Below, in pieces: positions 30,481 to 38,607 of a stretch of DNA of 38,607 nt (positions are counted from its first letter, which is position 1; each line of letters begins with the position of its first letter). Origin of the DNA: Thermoproteota archaeon (GTDB lineage Archaea; Asgardarchaeota; Jordiarchaeia; Jordiarchaeales; Freyrarchaeaceae). The stretch covers positions 1 through 38,607 of the forward strand of contig JAPDJY010000018.1 in NCBI GenBank assembly GCA_029258835.1, given 5' to 3'. The notes beneath the pieces are model-generated. The model did no database searches, was not told where the DNA came from, and worked only from the letters and a program-made list of their open reading frames with translations. Position numbers and translations under genes: made by a program.

Positions 30481-30919
30481 ACTAAGGCTTCTAGTCGATA
30501 CGAGCTTTCTCCTACCAGCAATGGGGGTAGAGACCGAGAGGGAAGTCATGGAAGCCATAAAGCACTTTCACACAGCCGAAGTGCACTATTTAGAGGTGAG
30601 CATTCTAGAAGCCATGTGGAAGATCATCAAGGTGGTTCCAGCCGGCAAGATTGGCAGGGTTAGGGAGGGGGTAGAGGCGATAATGGAGACGTACAGGCGG
30701 GTTACCCCCCACCCAGAAGCCTACATAGAAGCTTACAAGCTATACCGTGAAGGACACAGAGACTACATCGACAACCTGCTGTACGCTACCTCCCGGAAGA
30801 CGGGCCTCCTCCTTCTAACAGCGGACAGGGAGCTCATCGGATTCCTCGAGGAAAAAGGCTATCCCATAGACAATGTAGTGACGCCTAAGGAGGTGAAACG
30901 CGTAAGAGCAGCTACTTAA
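30449..30919 (+). CDS. vapC: VapC PIN-domain toxin (intact)
   Basis: LLVDTSFLLP, SILEA, HRDYIDNLLYAT, LLTADREL. TTG start at 30449 behind GAGGAGG. Confidence 0.88.
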   Translation: MSGRGGTSRSKLRLLVDTSFLLPAMGVETEREVMEAIKHFHTAEVHYLEVSILEAMWKIIKVVPAGKIGRVREGVEAIMETYRRVTPHPEAYIEAYKLYREGHRDYIDNLLYATSRKTGLLLLTADRELIGFLEEKGYPIDNVVTPKEVKRVRAAT

Positions 30920-32159
30920 CCTACCGGGAGAAGGACTCTTTGCAGCCTTCACGGCAGGGGCGATAATTGCATCCTACTACTGAAGCACACAAGTTGCCAT
31001 ACAGACAGTCTGCAAAACCGCTCAGGACAACAGTCAGCATGAAAACTCTATAACTGATGCTTGAAGGCATCCCCTCCCCCCACCCTCTTCAAACTCCATT
31101 TTGCTCTGGCTCCACCAGCCTCCTCCTCAACCATGTGCCAGACGCCTTCGCGGTCCACCATGGAACCTTGCAGGCTGGAGGCTGTCGGATCCGCGGTGGA
31201 ATACCCTGTAAAGGATTCAATGAGGCTCCCTAGGCGGGTGGACTCGCCTCCAGTTCCCGACGGAAACCTGCCTTACGTAGAGTGAGGGGGCGTAGGGGCT
31301 GATGGACGAGACCGCTTGTTAACGTGGGCGTCGATGGTGACGCCGCGAAGGGCAAACCATGAAGTAGCTGGGAAATCGGTTATGCTGGAATTCTGCTGCC
31401 TCACGAATACATAGGGCTCTGCTAGGGTAGGTTTAGAGATAGAGCCGTTAGGGCTGATGAACACGCGGCTTCCATGTGCAATCTGTTTCTCGTCGGGTGG
31501 TGGAGGCGCCGCTAACCATCCTTTAAGCACCTTAAGCCCCCATCAAACCAAGAAAGACTCGAGGCGCTGTGGCTGAAGGAGTGGTTCACTGCCCGTTACC
31601 TTCTTGAGGAGACCCAAAGAGAAGAATGTCCGCCACGAAAACTCCATTACCATTTCCGATTATTTTTTGACTAACAATTTTAGGGTTACGCTCAGCTAGC
31701 CGCCCAGCACCCGAAGCAAGCCATGAAAGGCAGCCGACGCTAAAGCGAATAGGAAACGTCTCAGTCAAGGAGCAACGTCAAGAAGGACAACAGGGCCACT
31801 GCATCCTTACAAACACTAAGGGGCGGCGCCCTCTAGGAGCATTGGAGCCCAACCAGCCCCTCCGCGATTCCATCCGCCTTACACGTCAACCGGGAACCAT
31901 ACCATTTTCAAAGGGAGAGTTAAGGCGAGAATCGATGGTTTAAGGTGTCAACCCTTTGAGAAGGGAAGTGCAGGGGCTTAAGCAGCGAGGACACGATAAC
32001 TGAGGAGTCGATGTACAGCGAGATAAACCCTAGAGCAGAGAAAGCAAGCCTCAACTCGATTAACCTTTTAAATAAAAACAAAATAATAAATAATAATAAG
32101 AAACAACTTACTTATTATGTATCAGGAAGATATTGCGGAATCTACAAGGAGGATATGTA

Positions 32160-35036
32160 TTGAAAAGAGAAAAACTAAAAGTAATAGTAATTATGTTTGC
32201 CGCGTTAACGCTAATCCTAGCCCCGCTCGTACTCGCACCAAGCCCAAGCATACTCCTTCCAATGGCAACCAGCCAAGCCGTTAAGGCGAAGAACACCGCT
32301 GTAACGGGGCAGGGAGCAAATACCACGGCAACACTAATAATAACAGGAAACATCACGCATCCAGGGCAGGCAAACACCTCGTATGGATTCGACGTACCCT
32401 GCCCCCAAAACTGGGGAATACTAAACACAACGTTAACACTAAATAACGTAACGGCTCCAAACGCAACGGTAAAGCTTGGGGAAAGGCTGAGCAATGAAAC
32501 AGGATCAAGAGTAATATTTGCAACGAGCTTTGTTAGAGCTATGTCGTTTGAAATCTCAACGGATAGTGCAACACTATATAATGTTTCCTTCTATCTTGAC
32601 GTGGAACGTGTAGGTGACGGGCAGCTGCGCGTAGAAATTATGAATGCCACGTGGGATCCCTCGGAGGGAAAACCTCAACCAAACGCAACAATAAGTATCA
32701 CTGGTTTGAACATTAATGAGGTAGGGGTTAAATGGAGGACGTGCACTTATTCTCCTCCATTAGTTTTAAACTCAGATGATACACATAATAGAACATTTTT
32801 CGTTAAGCTTGGTGGGGAAGAGTTTGGCACTGCAATCGCTTATTGGGGGTACGTGAGTGACAATGCTACTTACGATGACGGTTACGCTTACACTAAAGAG
32901 GACTCCGCGTGGTCGCTTGAAAACATAGATTTCAAGATGAGAGTGTTCCTTGACCCTGGCCCAGTTTACCCCAGTGAGGTTGAACTCTCCATAGAAGAGT
33001 TCAAAGTCGATGATGTGCCTGGAAAGAGAGGGGTGGGTGATTGCACCGTGATTGGCCTATTTGAGCCGCAGGGAGAAGATGTACATTTTAACGCATCCGC
33101 CGTCTGTGAAGTTTACTTTAACGTTACGGACGCTAACTCTACATTGTGCAGGAATGTAAATGCTACCACAAGCTACGAGGCAACTCTTAATAGTGTAAAC
33201 TGGACCGTGACAATTGGCATTGGGGGAGACCATGGATTCCCTGAAGTTGGAGCTGGCAGATTTGTTAGTGTAGCCATCCCCTTCGACTGGTGGAACTCGA
33301 CGCCGAACGCATTGAACATTACCGGAGGAGAAGCTACGTACTTAAGTAATGCTTCGGGTAGCCTGCTATTTGAGGCTACTAATGGAACATGGATTATCAA
33401 GTGTGGAGCGCCAAATGTGCTGTCATCGATTAGTGTTTACGCCTTATATGAGGGGAAGGAGCCTGTAGAGGTTATTGGGGGAGTAGTAGGGGATCTTATC
33501 AGTGTTAAGGCGTTTTTTTCTAAGCAGCTTCAGGCTGGCGTGTTAAACCTCACAGTGCTCAGCGATGGGGCTGCAATGTTTTCAAATCAAACAACCTTTG
33601 GAGACGGGAGCCGTACGGCTGAGGTCGAGTGGAACATTAGTGAAGGCGTCGCTCCCGGAAGCTATACGCTACGTGTCTTCGCCTTCTGCGGCTTAGAAGT
33701 GGGTATTATAGAGAAAGAGTTCACGGTAAGCGGTCAAGCACCCTGTGTGGTGCGTATCGAGTCGTTTGAGGGAGTTGTGAAGCCGCCTAGCCCAGTCAAG
33801 GTCTCCTTGTCAATTTTCAGGGAGGATACCGGTTTCCCTGTTACTGGTGCTCAGGTGAGTGTTTACGCTGATGGCGTGGCATTGGAAGCTGACGTAACCG
33901 ACTACGGTAATGGAACTTACCTAGTTATGGTTACGCCTCCAAGGGAGGGAGCATACACCCTCAACATTACAGTGTCAGGGAGCAGAATTACCACGGTCTC
34001 CCAGCAAATTAAGGTTCAGTATGGTGAGGCGGCACCAGGCGGAGTGATGGAGGCTGCTTTATTCATGATGGCGCAGTCCCTGCAGGCTGAGCAAAGCTCG
34101 CGCCTTCTTTCCTTACTTGGCATCATCTTAGGCTTAATCGGAGTTAGCGGGGGGGTTGCCGCTCAGACTTACAGGAAGCTGAGGGCGCCCATTAGAGCCA
34201 TGAGTGCCATCGAGAACATCCTTGTTACCCACAAGGAGTCTGGACTCCCCTTATGGAGCTTTGATGTCTTCTCGATGGACATTGACGTCACGCTTGTTTC
34301 AGGGTTTGTCTCGGCTGTGAGGAACTTCGCTGAGGAGATGAAGGTTGGAGGGTTTAACGTCCTAGAAACTAGGCTGGGCACCTTCGTAAGGGCTGAGAGT
34401 GAGCTTTTGGAGGCGACGTGCATCACAGGGAAGGTTGGCAGGTTTGAGGTGGAGTGGCTTCAGGGTAGGCTCGACGAGTTCCTCAGGCTTGTAGAGGAGG
34501 AGATAGGCGACGCGCTGAGAAAGTGGAAGGGAGGAGAAACGGGAGAGTTCAGGGAGGTTTTCAGGCAGGCCTTCAGCAGGGTGCTTGACGTTTCAAGGCT
34601 CATCAAGATACACGAGAGGAAGATGAGCAAGCTCGTCTCTGAAAGGAACAAGCTTAGCAGCATGCTAAGAGCAGTCGAGGAGGAAGCCAGACAGGCAGGC
34701 CGCCTCTTCGAGGAGGGGAGGCTGACTCCTGAAGAGTACGAGGAGAGAGTAGCCAAGTTAAGCCGTGAGAAGGACGTGCTTGAGCAGAGGATCTCAAGCA
34801 TAGACGAGACTCTCTCGAGAGCCAAGGTCAGGGAGCTGGTCATAAGCGGTAAAATGGAGGAGATAAGCAGAAGGTTCACCGACATAAGGAGCGAGATAGA
34901 CAGGCTGAAGGAGAAGGAGGATAAGGGTGAACTGACGGAAAAGGAGAAAAGGAGACTGCGCAAGCTGGAGAAGGAGCTGAAGAAACTCGTAGACGAACTG
35001 GGCAGGATCGAAGCGGATGAGAGTGGAAGGGGTTAA
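32160..35036 (+). CDS. Large single-pass membrane glycoprotein: signal peptide, Ig-like ectodomain, TM helix, cytoplasmic longin-like domain, SHOCT-like/coiled-coil tail
   Basis: Basic-then-hydrophobic N-terminus; more than 20 N-x-S/T sequons; DYGNGTYLV; TM LLSLLGIILGLIGVSGGVAA; ILVTHKESGLPL..LVSGFVSAVRNFAEE. GGAGG precedes TTG 32160. Confidence 0.8.
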   Translation: MKREKLKVIVIMFAALTLILAPLVLAPSPSILLPMATSQAVKAKNTAVTGQGANTTATLIITGNITHPGQANTSYGFDVPCPQNWGILNTTLTLNNVTAPNATVKLGERLSNETGSRVIFATSFVRAMSFEISTDSATLYNVSFYLDVERVGDGQLRVEIMNATWDPSEGKPQPNATISITGLNINEVGVKWRTCTYSPPLVLNSDDTHNRTFFVKLGGEEFGTAIAYWGYVSDNATYDDGYAYTKEDSAWSLENIDFKMRVFLDPGPVYPSEVELSIEEFKVDDVPGKRGVGDCTVIGLFEPQGEDVHFNASAVCEVYFNVTDANSTLCRNVNATTSYEATLNSVNWTVTIGIGGDHGFPEVGAGRFVSVAIPFDWWNSTPNALNITGGEATYLSNASGSLLFEATNGTWIIKCGAPNVLSSISVYALYEGKEPVEVIGGVVGDLISVKAFFSKQLQAGVLNLTVLSDGAAMFSNQTTFGDGSRTAEVEWNISEGVAPGSYTLRVFAFCGLEVGIIEKEFTVSGQAPCVVRIESFEGVVKPPSPVKVSLSIFREDTGFPVTGAQVSVYADGVALEADVTDYGNGTYLVMVTPPREGAYTLNITVSGSRITTVSQQIKVQYGEAAPGGVMEAALFMMAQSLQAEQSSRLLSLLGIILGLIGVSGGVAAQTYRKLRAPIRAMSAIENILVTHKESGLPLWSFDVFSMDIDVTLVSGFVSAVRNFAEEMKVGGFNVLETRLGTFVRAESELLEATCITGKVGRFEVEWLQGRLDEFLRLVEEEIGDALRKWKGGETGEFREVFRQAFSRVLDVSRLIKIHERKMSKLVSERNKLSSMLRAVEEEARQAGRLFEEGRLTPEEYEERVAKLSREKDVLEQRISSIDETLSRAKVRELVISGKMEEISRRFTDIRSEIDRLKEKEDKGELTEKEKRRLRKLEKELKKLVDELGRIEADESGRG

Positions 35037-35427
35037 GAAGGCTACGCCAGGCGTACGCATACCCTTAGCGTCCCCTTGGCAGAGGTGATACACGCGTACT
35101 TAACCCCTTCCCTTTGGATACGCCCACCCCGGGATAGGAGGCGTCACCCGGGTATCCTAGTGTCCTCGAAGAGCTTCCGGCGGCTCCCCTCTAAGATGGA
35201 GGGCGGCGTCACCCTTCAGCCAGTATCCCCTCCATATGGGGAAGGACGAGGTGCCAAGCGTTTCCGGGCGTTTATTCCTTCAGCCTTTCAGCCCCCTCCA
35301 GGCTTGGAGGGGAGGCATCCTGCGTGCTTCGTGCGGCTGCCCTTCGGCTCGTGGAAAAGGATTTATTAGCACCGCCGGTTTTATAGGTTGGAATGGTAGG
35401 AGTTGCTAGGATGCTGGTTGAAGGAGG

Positions 35428-36459
35428 ATGCGAACCTTGCAGTACGAGATAACTGAGGCGTCCGAGCTGTTGGATGACGAGGGGAAGCTGGTTCAGCGTG
35501 GCTGGGCGCGCAAGCCCCTCCTCGCATACGATAGGTCTAGGGTTCGTGCGCCATGGTATAGGATTAAGGAGTGGGATTACTACGCTGTGCTGAGGCCGGA
35601 GTATGGTGTGGCGTTAACCTATGCGGATCTAGGCTACTTGGGTTTAATCTCCGCTGTCTGGCTCGACTTCGCTGAGGCAACGTTTCACCAGGAGGATAAA
35701 ATACTGCTGCTCCCACGGGGTAAAATGGGTCTTCCAAGTAGCTCGGAGGAGGGCGACATAGTTTACGAGTCTAAAAGTGTCCAGTTAAAATTCCTTAAGA
35801 AAGGAGGGGAGCGGAGGATCATAGTATCATGGCCAAAGTTCGATAAGGGTAGGGGGTTAAGCGTTGACTTAACGCTCCGCCAGGACCCCGACATGGACAG
35901 TATGGTGATTGTGATACCATTCAAGAAGCCAGGGTACTTCTATTATAACAGGAAGATCAACTGTATGCCGGCGGAGGGCGTAGTGGTAGTCGGTGGCGAG
36001 GAGAAAAGGTTTGACGAAAGGGACAGCTTCGGGGTTCTTGACTGGGGGAGGGGTGTGTGGCCTTACGAGAGCGAATGGTATTGGGGTTCGCTTTCGACGC
36101 GCCTCAGCGACGGAAGGCTCTTCGGGTTCAACATAGGGTACGGGTTCGGCGATACATCCGCCGCCACGGAAAACATCGTCTTCCTCGACGGACGGGGACA
36201 TAAACTCGACCAAGTCACATTTCACTTTGACCCCAAAAACTACATGAAGCCCTGGCGCTTCACGAGCAACGATGACAGGTTTGAAATGACCATGCAGCCA
36301 ATCCTAGACAGGCACAGTAAGGCGAACCTAGGCATAGTTAAGAGTGTTCAACACCAAGTTTTCGGTAAATTCACTGGACGAGCCGTGCTGGATGACGGAT
36401 CAGAAGTAAAAGTAAGGGACGCGGTAGGGTTCGCCGAACACGTCTTCAACAGATGGTGA
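35428..36459 (+). CDS. DUF2804-family protein
   Basis: GWARKP, RIKEWDYY, YNRKINCMPAEG, LDWGRGVWPY, SAATEN, QHQVFGKFTG. Confidence 0.82.
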   Translation: MRTLQYEITEASELLDDEGKLVQRGWARKPLLAYDRSRVRAPWYRIKEWDYYAVLRPEYGVALTYADLGYLGLISAVWLDFAEATFHQEDKILLLPRGKMGLPSSSEEGDIVYESKSVQLKFLKKGGERRIIVSWPKFDKGRGLSVDLTLRQDPDMDSMVIVIPFKKPGYFYYNRKINCMPAEGVVVVGGEEKRFDERDSFGVLDWGRGVWPYESEWYWGSLSTRLSDGRLFGFNIGYGFGDTSAATENIVFLDGRGHKLDQVTFHFDPKNYMKPWRFTSNDDRFEMTMQPILDRHSKANLGIVKSVQHQVFGKFTGRAVLDDGSEVKVRDAVGFAEHVFNRW

Positions 36460-36846
36460 AAAAGGGAAGGGATAAAGGTTCAGGGAAGCCTTCACAGCAC
36501 CTCACAAATTTAAACCCTTCTTTTCCTACGGCTGAGAGGCGTATGGAGCGGTAAAGGAAAGCTGGAGAGGAAGTTAAAGGGGGGAGAGGTTACTGAGGGT
36601 TCAATAAGCCTTTAAAGCCACTGGAGGGGAGGATGGCTGAACGCGACAGGAGGTTTAATGGGAAGACAGCTAATGAGGGGCGATCATGAAAGTTGCCAGA
36701 AGAACTTGATGACTGGGCGGCTCCTTAATGTGAATAGGTTTATCTAAGCGTGGTTAACGTTTTCCCGGAGCATGGCGTGTTCTGGAGGGACCTCTCGAGT
36801 TGATAGGTGATGGTTTGTGCGGCTATGTTTCGGTGAGGAGAAGCGG

Positions 36847-37199
36847 TTATAATGGGATGCCCTCCTTTAACGCTTGTTTTATCAGGGTATTACCTTTCCT
36901 CTTCATTTCTTCTATTTCATTTAGGGTGTAGGCGGAGACGTCTACTGGGATGGGTGTTTCCATCTGGTATTCAGGTATTCTGTCGAAGAATCTCTCATGC
37001 GAGCTTTCCCTTAGGATTAAGAGGACGTCGGTGTCGCTTTTCAACCCGTAATCCCCCTGGCGATAGAGCCGAAAAGGATCACACCGAGCACCTCCGGGTG
37101 TTTCTCCTTAAGCTTCTCAGCAGCCTTCTTCAACTCCCTAAGAAGAGCCCTCCTGCTCCTGTACAAGTGCCTTGCATAAATCGAGGATTTTTCGGGCAT
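36847..37199 (-). pseudogene. MNT antitoxin with a 1-nt frameshift in a G homopolymer
   Basis: ILFGSIARG | DYGLKSDTDVLLIL. One extra G in the G5 run (37053-37057) restores GSxARGD..SDxD. Confidence 0.82.
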
Positions 37200-37739
37200 A
37201 ATCCACCGCCTCCTCAGCGTCCTTTCTAGTGTAATAGTCCACGGGGCCCCGCTCTCAAACCCGTTAGGATACCTTGTCGGAATGTAATACCTATCAAGGA
37301 TCTTGGCTAAATCCATAACCTCCTCCACCCCGTAATTGGCTTAAAGAAACGCCTTGCGAAGCAGTTAAATGTTTGGTAGGTGTTTGGGGTGCTGGTTTGG
37401 CCACGGGGTGGCCTGTGGGTGGAGTCTTCGGATGTGGGGCTCTGGGGTTACCCCGAATGCTCCATTAGAGGCGTATGCCTCGATGACAGGGAAACGCTTG
37501 ACAGACCAAAATCTCCACATTTACCTATAAAAGCCTATCAAGCGTGAACCCCAATATTTTACTTACACTATGCCCCCAGCATTCAACCCTTAACCGCTCA
37601 CATAAAGCCTTAACAGCCTTCTCGGCGCATTGCTGGCTTAAAAAGCAACCCACTCGTAAATTCCCCCATTAAAAGACAGCTTTGCTGCCTCCAAATCCCT
37701 CTCCGCCTGCCTAAGCCAGTCTCTACTACGGTCCAACAC
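37138..37739 (-). pseudogene. HEPN gene disrupted by the mini-element, two frameshifts and a stop
   Basis: DRSRDWLRQAERDL / CFLSQQCAEKAVKAL..WGHSV | insertion | LDRYYIPTRYPNG / DYYTRKDAEEAV. Confidence 0.88.
37354..37552 (+). mobile_element. Non-autonomous mini-element copy 2, antisense inside the HEPN gene
   Basis: Same ends (TTGCGAA ... TATCAAGCGTGAACCCC), hairpins and CGCC left flank as copy 1. Confidence 0.8.
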
Positions 37740-38149
37740 CAACCCCTAGAAACATAATGCTCCAATACGAAAATAAAAGCTTGCATAACCCGCCGGAAAC
37801 CACGCGGAGACGGGGGAGCGCTTAAAGCCGGAAAGCTAGTAACACGCAATCCTTACCCAACGAACTGCTGTTCTTTTATTTTTTATTTTTTATCAACTTT
37901 CATTAACATCCCTCACTATGGGTGGTTGGAAGTAGCTGCATCCTTCCAAAGTGGAAAAGCAACTTCAAATACACCTTAGCATTAAGAGAAGCGGGAGACG
38001 TGAAGCAACATATCCAGTTAGAGAGCGTGGTGGATGAGGCAAGTAAATAAGTTTATGTGGCTTTCATGAAAAATATGACAACCCTGGGTGACGTGTGGCG
38101 ACGTAGGTGGAGTATTCCGTAGCAGAATGACCCTTAGAGGGGTGTGGAC

Positions 38150-38607
38150 ATGACTAGCGAGAGAATGGTTTTAGTTTTTGTTGACTACTTAAAGTGTAGC
38201 GGGTGTAGGAGGTGCGAAGTCGCCTGCTCGATTTCACACGAGGGTAAGATCTGGCCTGAAGCATCCAGAATAAGAGTATTCATGCCCTATCCAGGAGTTG
38301 AAATCCCACACCTGTGCGTTCAATGCGAAGACTACCCTTGCGTTGCATCCTGCCCCGTGAACGCTTTAAGCATTGACGGCGAAACCGGAGCGGTTCTGGT
38401 GGACGAGGAAAAGTGTACAGGGTGCGGCTCATGCATTGAGGCATGCCCGGGGTCAATCCCCCACCTTCACCCGTCCAGCAAGGTGGCGGTGATATGCGAC
38501 CTCTGCGGCGGAGACCCAAAATGCGTTAAAGCCTGCAGTGAAGGGGGATGGAACGCCTTAAAGCTCATACCGAGGGAAGAGAGAGGCAGGTACGGGGTCT
38601 ACCCTCG
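38150..38607 (+). CDS. 4Fe-4S polyferredoxin-type electron-transfer subunit, 3'-truncated; absent from the ORF track
   Basis: MTSERMVLVFVDYLKCSGCRRCEVAC..CVQCEDYPCVASCP..CTGCGSCIEACP..CDLCGGDPKCVKAC. Confidence 0.92.
   Translation, partial: MTSERMVLVFVDYLKCSGCRRCEVACSISHEGKIWPEASRIRVFMPYPGVEIPHLCVQCEDYPCVASCPVNALSIDGETGAVLVDEEKCTGCGSCIEACPGSIPHLHPSSKVAVICDLCGGDPKCVKACSEGGWNALKLIPREERGRYGVYP

Overview
Archaeal genomic window, probably from a thermophile (GC-rich genes, AGG/ATA codon use, GGAGGTG ribosome-binding sites). Two proteins with longin-like domains suggest an Asgard lineage (inference). From 1 to about 22.7 kb it is mostly housekeeping and metabolic: apgM, guaB, Trm5-like methyltransferase, GTPBP1-type GTPase, geranylgeranyl-reductase family, NUDIX, amidohydrolase, MBL hydrolase, nfi, acyl-CoA dehydrogenase with etfBA, NAD kinase, a GlcD-like/HdrD-like pair, YkgJ, a decayed cysS fragment and a stand-alone mtrH. 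About 23-31 kb and 36.8-37.8 kb are accessory tracts. The window holds seven toxin-antitoxin modules (four VapBC, three HEPN-MNT), four of them decayed, plus a large glycosylated single-pass receptor-like protein. The most notable signal is a ~198-bp non-autonomous element in two diverged copies (25913-26109, 37354-37552), each inserted cleanly into a toxin gene right after A(A/T)CGCC. It has no terminal inverted repeats but carries a TATA-like box, conserved hairpins and a remnant resembling a TnpB C-terminus. It is a candidate mini-transposon carrying only an omega-RNA guide cassette. No tRNA, rRNA or CRISPR array was recognised.
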